A program made the position numbers and the translations under genes. A stretch of DNA of 63,265 nt, counting the filler, from Choristocarpus tenellus KU-1152 (taxonomy: Eukaryota; Protista; Phaeophyceae): assembly GCA_964200185.2 (NCBI GenBank). It is 12 parts of 12 records of this genome, joined end to end, with 100 filler letters (N's around TTAATTAATTAA, not from the genome) between each part and the next. Parts side by side here need not be neighbours in the genome. Positions count along the whole stretch, not along the records: positions 49,687 to 55,755 come from CAXNAD020009021.1; positions 55,856 to 59,254 come from CAXNAD020020299.1; positions 59,355 to 63,265 come from CAXNAD020017199.1; 9 more parts are not named here. The stretch is one strand, 5' to 3'. Under the pieces are notes generated by a model that was given only the letters and a program-made list of their open reading frames with translations, searched no databases and had not been told where the DNA came from. Positions 52,801 to 63,265 of this stretch are shown here, in pieces. Numbering within the stretch: the first letter of the stretch is position 1; every line of letters starts with the position of its first letter.

Positions 52801-53167
52801 GCATCCTTTTGTTTGGCTCTCCTTAGACCGATCCTTTCCAGGGATCTGTTGGTGAGGAGTGCACTTCTCTTTTATTTAATGACATGTTTGGGGTCTTTTT
52901 TTGACAGGGAGAGTATCTGGGGGTTCCAAATGAGAAGATGTGCCGTCTGTCTTCTGCGTTGCCCTGCGTTGTTTCATCACCACCAGAAAAAAGGAAAAAA
53001 AGGAAAAAAAGGAAAAAAAGAAAAACTCCAACCACGTAGGAAAGCAAACCGTGCCTAGAATACAACATCTCATCAGCTTTTTTCTTTGAAAAAAAAAAGA
53101 ACAACTCGATTTGGCAGTACGGGCACCACACTATGCTATTGAGAGGCATTTGTTTTGCTCAACAATT

Positions 53168-53207
<40 letters not shown>

Positions 53208-53663
53208 TAGCGGCTGTCGGACATAATTTTCGGATTATTGATCCACAATTCAGCGAGCAGTACAATACTGGTTGATGAACAAGTAGCACACTCGTCGCTG
53301 CGCAAGTGTTTTATCCCGCCAAAACTCACTGCCTAAGCCTAACCCTTTTTGGTTGCTTTCAGTGCTCCACGCAGAATGAAAGACGCCAACCTCGTTTTTT
53401 GTTGTCCTGGTCCTTACCTTGATACGACCACCATTGTCTCCAACAATGACCTTGCGTCCTTGCCCCCCGAGGCACATGCACATGAAGTCGTCCTCCACTC
53501 TGTCCAGCACCGTTGCCGGCTTGCCGGTGGATTGAATCAGCTTTCCGGTTGCTCCGTCCCAGACCTTCAATGCGCAGGCTGGGAAAAAAATAAATAAGAA
53601 GGAGACTTGAAAGAGAATTAATTCAAGGTTTCGCCGCACGGTATGCAAGTGCACCTGTTGATA

Positions 53664-53694
<31 letters not shown>

Positions 53695-55110
53695 TGAAGT
53701 TGTTAGTGTTTCTGCCATTTGAGAGGATGTTTTGTAAGCGTGAGAGGTGGATAAGCCGTTCGTTGTCAATCGAGCTTCCTCCCCGTGTCCTATTGTTGCT
53801 ATATATATGCATGGCCGTAGTAAAAATGGACACCTAGAGCCGTCAGCTTCGTCTCAGCACTTTTGTCTCAAGTTCCTATGGTGAGGTGCATCAAAGACTC
53901 TCTGCTGCATAGTATGGGCTGCAGGATATCCCCTTGCAAGGTGAATTTATGAGGGGCGCAGCAATGTGATCGCGCCCTCGTGCTATGAAATATCCTGAGT
54001 GAAAGTATCTTAGAGGGTACGAATTTTGCTCTGATTGTCTACTTGGGGCTTGGCTTTCCACAGATTTTTTAATGACATTTCCTACTCCGAAATGTTTTGA
54101 AGTAAGAGAAATGTGTATGTTATGAAAAGGTGTGTTTGGAACAAGGATATTGACACTTCCTGACAAACACAAGAGCCCAATTTGCATCAAAATCGCAACA
54201 TTGGATTTTGGCCCCCAAACGGACGCGGCTCTACCCTCTAAGATACTTTGGCTCTCCTCCAACTATTTCTCGCAACTGCAACCTCATGAGGTGGGCACTG
54301 TAACAGAGTAGAGTGTCTTGGGATGCTTCCCTGAATGAAACTATCTTAGAGGGGGTAGAGCTGTGTCCATTTGGGGCCAAAATCCAATGTTGCAATTTTA
54401 ATGTAATTTTGGCTATTGTGTTTGTTAGGAAGTGTCAATATCCTTGTTCTAGACACACCTTTGCATAACGTACAAATTTTATCTACTCCGAAATATTTCG
54501 GGGTAGGAAAATGTCATAAAAAAAACCCGAGGGAAGCCAAGCCCCAAAACAGACAATCAGGGCAAAACTAGTACCCTCTAAGATACTTTCAATCCCTAGC
54601 TCCTCGCCTTGGGGTGTAGGACTAAGCTAGGCTGGAGGTACAGGAAGCCAGTGAGTGGTACAGCATAGCTGTTAGTAAAATAGGTTAATGTCTTTCACAT
54701 GTTACGACAACTATTACTCTTTTAGGGATGTTTCTGACAAGTGAATAGTTTTCATTGGTTTTTTCCCTGACACATCTGCAAAATGTCAGAGGGCATAATA
54801 ACAAAATTTAAATAGGAACAATAGGGGAAAAAAATAGTAATTGCAGTAAAACCCAAAAAACATATTTGACCCCAACATGAAACATAACCCCAAAAGCAGT
54901 TGCTATCATTAATTAAAAAAATTAAAACACCAAAAATTCATGCACAGGTTGCGCCCCAAAGCTCCTTTCATAGGGCTCCCCATACACGCTACAAAACACT
55001 AACTACATCATTCAAAGCAAACCTGATACAGTGATGAATGTGAGGTTGGTTGGGTTGTAGGACACAGCCAGGACCGGCAACTCATCAGTCACATCTTTGG
55101 AACCTCCTTG
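49854..55110 (-). CDS. WD40-repeat protein (WDR49/EFCAB8/WDR64-like architecture suspected), partial, 5 exons
   Basis: Phase-consistent exons 55110-55023, 53578-53418, 52344-52180, 51170-51051, 50017-49854: VTDELPVLAVSYNPTNLTFITVS/ACALKVWDGATGKL..RKVIVGDNGGRIK/VFNCMN..LLISTSGDRSISIH../EITALAYSPHLGLIASASEDGSIQ/LWEFE..VTCVTFLDPFPILLSTDLAGNVVLW. Confidence 0.85.
50229..50484 (-). mobile_element. MITE family A variant (GACCCAAAGCA terminus)
   Basis: Diverged copy; flanks ttc/ttt. Confidence 0.8.
50988..51011 (+). repeat. Interstitial (TTAGGG)n tract in an intron
   Basis: CTAGGGTTAGGGTTAGGGTTAGGG. Confidence 0.8.
51778..52039 (-). mobile_element. MITE family A variant (GACCCAAAGCA terminus)
   Basis: 3-bp TSD AAT. 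Confidence 0.85.
52552..52626. repeat. (TA)n/(TATATG)n microsatellite
   Basis: Read directly; other SSRs at 20057-20079 (TG), 46983-47014 (AT), 53168-53207 (AT/AG), 53663-53693 (AAT). Confidence 0.9.
53997..54254 (-). mobile_element. MITE family A, full length
   Basis: 4-bp TSD TCCT. Confidence 0.92.
54315..54803 (+). mobile_element. CRE-like LINE 3' end (UTR type I) carrying a MITE A insertion
   Basis: TCTTGGGATGCTTCCCT[MITE]AGCTCC...CTGACACATCTGCAAAATGTCAGAGGGCATAATAA; matches 35243-35480. Confidence 0.8.
54333..54594 (+). mobile_element. MITE family A nested in a LINE fragment
   Basis: 3-bp TSD CCT; the empty site GCTTCCCTAGCTCC is seen at 36723. Confidence 0.9.
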
Positions 55111-55554
55111 CTGAATCTGATCGAGATAAGGTCAGTGACAGTAAGTTAAAAGACACGTGTGTGAGACTGCCGCAGTGTGAGGAAAAGGAAATAAAGTGAG
55201 GTAGCAGGAAACTGATCACAGTATAGTCAGTAGCATGCCTCCTTGCCTTGTGGGATGCAATGCAAAAGGCATGGAAAATGCACTGCGTCTATGACAGGGA
55301 AAGCTACAAGGTCTACCTGGGCAACCATTCAAGAAGAAAGTCCATGTGGAGCCTTCCTTGTGCCCTGGGAAATAAATGCACTACATGCTGTCATAATAAG
55401 GCTTCTCACTAGCTACACATTTGGTAACTCGGACTCACCTTGAAACTGTGAATATTCTGTCCTCCCGCTATGATCTTTTTCTGAGAGGGGACAAATGCCA
55501 TGCAGTTCAGAAACGAGGCCTGTGATGCAACAAGGAAGTACAGTAGAAGGGAAA

Positions 55555-55660
55555 GAGCCAAACTGTCTTAGAGGGTAGAACCGCGTCCATTTGGGGGTCA
55601 AAATCAAATGTTGCAATTTTGATGTAATTTTCGCTATCATTTCTGTTAGGAGGTGTCAAT
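55555..55660 (+). mobile_element. MITE family A, left part
   Basis: GAGCCAAACTGTCTTAGAGGGTAGAACCGCGTCCATTTGGGG. Confidence 0.8.
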
Positions 55661-55979
55661 GGACTCAACGCACCCAGGGGGGGGGAGGGGGGACTGTTTG
55701 TCTCCTTCGGGATCACATTAAAAAAAAAGACTCAAAAAAAGAATCACCAAATATANNNNNNNNNNNNNNNNNNNNNNNNNNNNNNNNNNNNNNNNNNNNT
55801 TAATTAATTAANNNNNNNNNNNNNNNNNNNNNNNNNNNNNNNNNNNNNNNNNNNNGAAAGAGATCACTCCGCTAATAAACATATCCATACCACACAAAGC
55901 AAAATACTCTACTTGAGTAGCTCTCTTTTATACTCGTGTATGTTTTAGGTAACTGTGTTCACACAGAAAACCGGAAGAG

Positions 55980-56058
55980 GGCAAAAAAAAACCATGGGAA
56001 TCCAAACCCCGAACGGACAAACAGGGCAAAACTCCTACCCTCTAAAATGCTTTGGGTC
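55980..56058 (+). mobile_element. MITE family A variant, right part
   Basis: GGACAAACAGGGCAAAACTCCTACCCTCTAAAATGCTTTGGGTC. Confidence 0.75.
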
Positions 56059-56356
56059 TTGTCAAGGGGAAGACTCCTTCTATGGCAATTCACTACTTCT
56101 ATATTATTGTTGAGAGACATTTTCGCATTATTTGTTTATGTTCATAGTTCTTAGGGAGGGAGAGTCTATGGCAACACGTTATTTCTTTGTTCATATAATC
56201 TTGGGTCTGTAATTGTTTGTATCCATGTATCTGTGAAAATGGGGAGAGTCCTCTTATGACAGTACCCTATGTTGACACGAGTGTGAGACTTTGGCGTGGG
56301 AGGTTTTTTCTTCAACGTAAGGTCAAATGCATCGTGAGAGCCGTTAGGAGTGAGTG

Positions 56357-58620
56357 TCACACAAGCGTATCTGTCATCAGGGGAGAACTTGGAAGTTTTT
56401 TTCCCCTCCAGGTGTCCTCCTCTGCTGCATCCCCAACCCTGCCTGCTGGCATGTTAGGACCTGGAAGTGACATAAATTTTATTTCTGCTATGTTCATGAT
56501 GACAGAGTACAGACCAAGAGAGAAGAATGCATCAGCAGATGGATTTCCTAAGTGATGCAAGGACTCTACTACAATCATATCTACTCTCTGCTCCACAGGT
56601 TAAACGACAAGATTAATCCCTGAATAGGCAAGGGGGGATACAGGAGTTGGGTGAGCTGTAGTCAAAGTGTGCCTGAGGACTGGCTACAGCCTCTCATGGA
56701 AAGACATTTGTTGACAACCCTCTTCCACATTATCTTAACAACTGTGATATTCCAACATCAATCTTGCCTATCTTCTTCCCCTATCCTGAGACTTCATTAC
56801 CTAGATCCCACTGCTGTCATCCGATCGATCCCCCCTGACCCCCGTTTCCGGTTAGTCTTCCCAAACAATTCCCGTTTTTGGTGTAATCTCAACAGGTACA
56901 ACAGCCGCCAAAAGAAATAGGGCCCAGGTCAGACCTCGAAAGACCTGTGAACCAACTTTCCCTTCCCTTCTCACCCATCTCCACATAGAATATTTCTATC
57001 CTAGCTAGCCTCCAGTATAATATTCGTGGGTTATGGAGATATCATACAGTCTAAGTATCGGTTCTACCACTCAAGCCTATGCCTTTCCCATACATTACAT
57101 ATCAAAGTTAGACCAGCACGATCAGTGTTAGCAGCTTGCTGTTTCGACCTTGGCACTATCTTGTAAAGTGAAAGCATCAGGTGCATGTGTGGGGGGGGTG
57201 ATCTGATAGGTTGTATCTTCTGTGTCGAGTCCATTGGGTCGTATGTACTCTGCAGACATGTGTCCCATGCTCCACTGTCCCCTGCAACCAGTAAGGTATC
57301 TATCAGTTCCTCGAAAATATTGCCCGTGCATGGCGTCATGAGTACTCTGCATGATCCATTAGTTTTTATTTTAAACCTAGGGTTACCAAAATAAACATAG
57401 GGACAGCTACCTATGGCATCCATCTACGCTCGTGCGAAAGGCGATAGTTGCCAGTGAGTTAGTTGCCTAGGTATTGAACAAGGTCACAATGTAATTTTCG
57501 GGTTGGAATACGTGAGATACGCAATATACCTGATAAGAATACTCCAATATTCCATCTATTTTGTCCCTAGATATCACCCTATTATCGTCCTAAGTCGTCT
57601 AATTGCAGCTATTATGGATTATCAGGCTAACAACTGCCCTCTATTTACCGTAGTATTCAATTTCATCACTGATGCCAAAAAGGGCTAATGATGTTGCGAC
57701 AGAAACCACAAAATCTACGACTAGTCATGGAGACCCAATGCACCCTCGGGGTTAGACCCAAAGTATTTGAGGGGGGGTGGCGTCTGTCCATTTGGGTCAA
57801 TTTTTTCATGCCGCCATTTTTGGGTGATTTGGTTGCATACGTCGGATGGATAATGTAAGTGCACGTTTCCTGATTTTGGGCCAAATGGACACCCTGGTCT
57901 AGACCTCCTCCCCCTCCCAGATACTTTGGATCATATGACTTATGCATGGTGTCCAAATCCTTCTCGACCCTACTATGCACTAGCCTGTTAATTTTATAGT
58001 GGATGTCCGGGAAGACCAACCTTCACGACAGGAGGTGCTGCACACAAGCTATAACACCTGTTGTCGGATTAGGCCTGTTTGCAATTTGGTGTATCTAACC
58101 CTTTGTACCACCCTAGCATCGGGCTCAGTTCTCAACTATCACTTCCATTCTGAACCGTCCCGGGTACCACCCTACAAGATGTCCGACTCTGTCACTTTCA
58201 TCATCTATGTCCAGTTCCCACCGTAAACAAGTGATTTAGACACTCTCCACTGAGCCAAAATAAACGAGAGGTACCTAAGTTTTGCATTTCTCTCTTGTTT
58301 GAAAGTTTACTACATAACATAGAAGATTCCGTACACGCATTTGTACAAAATGCGTAAATTTGTATATAAGTGTCAGCATCCCAAAGGTACCTCTCGCCCG
58401 ACCACATCAATATCTTCCCAATACCTAGGATTATTGTCCATATCGTTTCGACTGCGTAGCATACACCTCCCCCTTTGCTGCCCGACACTCCTCAAACAAG
58501 TTTGCTCAGAATTTGCCTTGACTTCGACCTCTTTTTCTGTCCATTTCTCCTCCACCCTCTTCGTTCCATCCGGTCATACTATGTCAAACTTCTCCGATAC
58601 CCAGTCCACATTGAAACTAA
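56357..58620 (-). pseudogene. Possible decayed spliced gene of unknown function
   Basis: Several exon-like blocks with splice-like borders, in-frame TGAs and a MITE B insertion in a reading frame; no firm homology. Confidence 0.3.
57755..57932 (+). mobile_element. MITE family B, full length (178 bp)
   Basis: GACCCAAAGTATTTGAGGGGG...CCTCCCAGATACTTTGGATC; flanks tta/ata. Confidence 0.88.
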
Positions 58621-61119
58621 AAAAATCAAACGTTTCGTCTACTCTTCTAATCTTTTTCTTGTTCCCTTGCCACTATGTCACCTGGCTTACCAATCTACTG
58701 CTACGAATTCTCATGCTTACAAAACCCAGATTACTCCATAAACCTTCCCTTCAGGACTGTATTAGCAATAGTAGTTTTAGTTCAAGAAGTGTGACCAAGG
58801 TTCGGGACAGTCCCCAGAGTAGTAGTAGTAACGTATGACAAACTGAAAAAAGTAAACACCACAATTCGATCATATCGCGTTTAGTCGAAAACCTAAAATT
58901 GAGGGTTTTGTTGGTATTAATAGTGTTAAATGTTTCTCACCTGTGATCGAGAGTCATAATCGCGATGCGTGGAGGCGAGAGGGTGAGAGACACGGACGCG
59001 TTGGGGGACGGGGGTAGCAATGAGCGTGTCAATCAACCCAACCAAGAGCGAATAATGTTGAATTTAATGTAAAAACACGTTAAAATGTTCCTTTCACGTA
59101 CGTGCTGTGTAAGAGGAGGTAATTCCTATATGTCCATCCATCTGTCAATACTGGACTTTACCAATGGTGGCTCTCTTACATACGTATTTTGTTAAACTAA
59201 TGTAACGTCACAATATATTAGCCGAGGCGCGAAAGCGCACCCACTACGAGGGAGNNNNNNNNNNNNNNNNNNNNNNNNNNNNNNNNNNNNNNNNNNNNTT
59301 AATTAATTAANNNNNNNNNNNNNNNNNNNNNNNNNNNNNNNNNNNNNNNNNNNNATCGGCAGGACAAAGGGGGTGTTGAAACCATGCACCATATATACCT
59401 CTATATACCTGATTCTGCACAACACAACTACCCACTATTATTACAAGAGGGTTAACAACTTTATCAAACTCAAGCAACCCGGCTGTCTGCGATTGCCATT
59501 ATGACTTATCGTCGTCTCGGTTTATCTTCCACCTCAAAAGGACAACGCATATGCATTCACAAGAGTAATATAGCCCAGCCCCGCTTGATACGCATTTTGC
59601 TGCTGTAGACTCTAGGTACCCTGGCAGTGTGTGCTAAGTAACTCTCCAGAACCAAAAACCGCAGTGCCATGTCGTCTGCCTCACAACAAAACACGTGACC
59701 TGTATGCCCTTCAATGTTTGGCAACCGCTTGAACACCTTTTTAGGAGTAACAGAATGCGTAACGTAGAACTAATGGAGATTTGTATCGGAGAAGGCTACG
59801 TACAGCGACAACAACAACAACGACACCAGTAATAGAGGTTGAGAGTATTAGTAAGGTGTATCACGCTATCACCAACTTTCAACATTACTATTATTACATG
59901 ACCGACCGCAGGGGAGGGAGAGACACCATCCCAGGGGATTGCAGTTAGATGGTGCACAGATGCAGATACAGTGTTCTCGCTGCTTGTTCCATCAACCCGT
60001 AAACTCCAAAATAGTATGTATATCAATAGTAACAATTGTGCATAGATAGGTCCTCCGTGAAAACAATTTTTCCTGCTACCGTCGTGCCTGAAGTTCAAAA
60101 CACTCACGTTTTACTTCATTCATCAAATAATTGAGCTGTAACATGAACGCATGGGAGCTGACCTCGATTGTTGCGGTTGCACACTTTGAGGGAGGACCAT
60201 ATATAACAATGTTCGAAGAGCCACTTCTCCAATGGAGGGATATCATCCACAAATATTACATGCGAAGAACAATATCGCACCCTCCTCTCACTAGCAGTAG
60301 GAGGTGCAGGAGGTACTTGGGAATATCTTGTCCGGTATGTGTAAGAACAAAAAACTATTTGTGAGGAAGTGATGACAACTCGAGTGGAGACGCACATCGA
60401 ACGACTATATTTAATTATTGAGAGTGTGCAAACTACATCTTACCTTCACAACTTTAAGCTTCTCCGCCCTCTTTACAAAGAGCAACAGCTTGGGACGAAC
60501 TTCTGGCGATGGCTGCATATTTTCCACCCTTCGATCGGCACAATCTGACTCCCTGATTGGAAAGAATAGGAGTACCTTACCTGACGTACGGATCTCTTAC
60601 CCCCACAGTACAACAACAGTGTGTACTTGTAGTCTCCGGTCTTCTTTTATTTATAATCACTATGTCGATTAGATTCGCTTGTTGCTGGGTGTGTGATCGC
60701 AAAAGGGTAAGCTTGCATTCAAACCTAAGTGTTGGAATGAACTTGCATTGATGTAGTGGTAGTGACACCACCCTGTTTATAGTAATTATGTAAGTGAGCG
60801 ACTTCAACTTTCTACTCTACGGATGATTGGTGATTGGTGGGCAAAAAGTATACAAGTCCTCAAGTTCGACATATACAACAAAAATATGTCTGTATCTATG
60901 TTGTGGCTTTGTTTTAGCCACAAGGAACAGTCCATGTAGGTTCTTATTAAGATTTGATTGGTCGGAGAAAAAGTGGTTCGCCGTATGAAACTGTGTTTGA
61001 AGGATCCACAAATCGGATACCTACAGAACACCAGTCACAAAATAGTGTTGAAGGGGTGAAGATTTAAGTTGAACGTAGAAGATGTGGTTGGGTGAGGGTT
61101 TTACGTTGTGGACTTCCCC

Positions 61120-61820
61120 ATAGATGTGGTCTTCCATGCTGGGACACTTGCGGATGCTGGCTCGGCTTGTACCATGACAAAGACCTCCTCCTGGATGTTG
61201 CATTTACAGAAGAGCAAGCAGCCTTCCATATACCCCACTCATGCACCAGCAATGATATAGCTGCTGCTTGCAGTTGAGGGGCGAAAAGCGCCCCCACTAG
61301 AGGGTTCTTTGGACCCTTGTAGTTTTAACCTCAACACCTTCAACTTGGAATGTTTTGGACGCTTTGGTAAGCTAGCAGAAAGTTCTTTAGTTGAGTTGGT
61401 CACACATGCAATGGAGGGAAGAGGTGCGGAATTTTAGAGCAGGAAAGGGATTGTCAAGTACTGCTTAAGATAGTGTCATTAACTACACAAGTTGCTCTCT
61501 CGAGACGCGTTATGCGTTTCAAGCCAGAGACACTAGGCAGAAGGGCAATAAAGGGCTAGTCAGATTCTTGGGATGCTTCCATAACTCCACGTCTATCTCT
61601 GTAAGGCTTAAACCTAGGTTAGAGGAATATCAACAGTGTACATGCTACGTTGTACTTCGAGTAATTTGCCTATAATGCGAGCATTGTAGTATAGCCAGTA
61701 TTCGAGTAGTAAATATTATTGAAGAGGTATCTTCCACATTATTAACGACAACGGGTTCTTGTGATTTTGTGTGGTTTGTCTTTTTCCTGGAACATTTGCA
61801 AAAATGTCCGAGGGCATATT
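61120..61820 (+). mobile_element. Decayed CRE-like RLE LINE 3' part
   Basis: DNA similarity to 35243-35915 (DKDLLLDVAFTE; TTTTAACCTCAACACCTT; TCTTGGGATGCTTCC); degenerate hairpin near 61785-61817. Confidence 0.8.
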
Positions 61821-61899
61821 AGGGTGTTAGCGCAGAATGTAATTTACTACCTAAAAAGTCTTGTATGTCATTATATATCAACATGGTAGTTCTGATACT

Positions 61900-62280
61900 A
61901 TTTTTTTTATTATGCCTTGTGACATTTTACGATGTGTCAGGGGGGAAACCAATGAAAAATATACAAATTGTCAGTATAAGCCCTAAAGAAATAAAATGTC
62001 ATAAAAATGTGAAAGACAATAATCTATTTGTTATGTTGTACTACTGCCTTCCCGTGTCTCCAATCTATCTATGCCTGTGCCCCGGGGGGACGAGCTAGGG
62101 AGGCATCCCAAGAATCCAATAAATCCCTCCGTGCCCATCTTCCTGGCGATTCCAGGTTAAAACGCATGACACGTCTGGACACTGCCACTTACATAGTTAC
62201 CGAGACAATTTGGCATAGCTAGGATTTAACTACTCCTTTCCTGGTAAAACCTCCAGCCCCTCGCCCCCCTACCATGTGAG
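61900..62280 (-). mobile_element. CRE-like LINE 3' part (UTR type II), tail-to-tail with the 61120 copy
   Basis: TTATTATGCCTTGTGACATTTTACGATGTGTCAGGGGG..GAGCTAGGGAGGCATCCCAAGAATCC. Confidence 0.8.
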
Positions 62281-62325
62281 TACTATATGATGGGGTGATA
62301 CGTTAGACTTTTTCGACAATGCATT

Positions 62326-62467
62326 TGTGTCAGGGGGGAAACCAATGAAAGCTATACACATTGTCAGTATGAGCCCTAAAGAAATAAAATGTCATAAATA
62401 TGAAAAACCCTAATCTATCTGTTACTTCACCACTCTGCAAAATGTCAGAGGGCATCATAATAAAAAT
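62326..62467. mobile_element. Short CRE-like LINE 3' end with 5' inversion
   Basis: 62326-62433 is reverse-complemented UTR; 62434-62467 is the sense 3' tip plus tail; flanking AATGCATTT/AATGTATTT. Confidence 0.75.
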
Positions 62468-63188
62468 AATGTATTTCATTTTGTGCAAACACGCTAGAGA
62501 AATGTATGTATGTTTGCCAAGTTGGTGTGGTATTAACACAAATAATGTTATTTTTGTACCGATTGTAATGTAGGGGGTGAGTGACAAGAGTTTAAACAGC
62601 ATATTTCAAAAATTGAGGATGGAGCTTTTCGTTGAGGATGAGCTTGACCCAAAATTGACTGGGATAAAATGTCGATATGTATAACAATTCTGCTGTTTTT
62701 AGTAGGGGTATATTTTGTAGCAATGCGCGGAAAGCATTAGGTCTGTTATCATATCGTTATTTCGATATGACATATGTCGTTTTTCTGATGGAGGTTTCTT
62801 CTCAGGAATCCCAGATTCCAGTGGAGGATCTTTCATGAATGAGATTGAGTCGTATAATGTTTTAAAGAAATTAATCCGCCAAGTAGTGCACATCTCTTTA
62901 AGTAATCAAAGATGTCAAACGCGAAAGGTTAATTTTGATATCACATCTTGACATTGTGAGAATCTCCCTTTCATGAGATCTTCCTCACTATGCAGTTCTC
63001 TGCATTTTTTTCCCGTTTTTGCACTTGTCCACCACGATATCAAACTGCATAATAATATAATATTGAGTAAGGGATTCTGAATATTTAAAAGTGACAACAA
63101 AACACGTTTGAAACAACTGTTATTTTCACAGGCGTGGTTGTGATGTTGGTTTGACTTTTTCCTTGACACAACTGGAAAATGTCAGAGG

Positions 63189-63265
63189 TGTGGAAGTGTC
63201 AAAGGTGCCAAGTTCTTTTTTGCTCAAGGGGGCAATCACAATCACCGGACTGAACTCTTTCACCT
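63189..63265 (-). mobile_element. LTR end homologous to 34755-34830 (runs off the window)
   Basis: TGTGGAAGT..CAAGGGGG.AATCACAAT.ACC.GACTGAACTCTT.CACCT. Confidence 0.75.

Noticed and set aside
8161-59354. Regularly recurring TTAATTAATTAA between N runs, as a biological repeat or array
   Set aside because: It is an identical 100-bp six-frame-stop scaffolding linker and therefore an artefact. It also means clustering of genes across contigs cannot be claimed.
59796-61031. Exon-like blocks (RPKLLLFVKRAEKLKVVK|gtaag; DDIPPLEKWLFEH)
   Set aside because: I could not build a phase-consistent model or recognise a family; left uncalled.

Overview
Repeat-rich, intron-rich eukaryotic DNA, probably from a flagellated stramenopile such as a brown alga (inferred from gene content and exon/intron architecture, not proven). 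The window is 12 contigs joined by an artificial 100-bp linker (N44-TTAATTAATTAA-N44), so adjacency across gaps cannot be trusted. Three multi-exon minus-strand host genes could be spliced by hand with consistent phases: an EML5/6-like HELP/WD40 protein (125-7758), a CAP/SCP-domain protein (41799-45241) and a WD40 protein (49854-55110). There is one intact tRNA-Gln(CTG) and one decayed tRNA-Trp. Most of the rest is transposon debris: about 29 copies of three TIR-related MITE families, 5'-truncated CRE-like RLE non-LTR retrotransposons, Ty3/Gypsy remnants and LTRs, hAT, mariner and Tc1/IS630 transposase fragments, and a foldback element. The most unusual observations are (i) a MITE clan with shared TIR cores whose main family shows both exact 4-bp and exact 3-bp TSDs, (ii) a twin-priming-like 5' inversion in an RLE-type LINE, and (iii) pervasive CpG decay. 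I found no CRISPR-like array and no intact novel multi-gene system.
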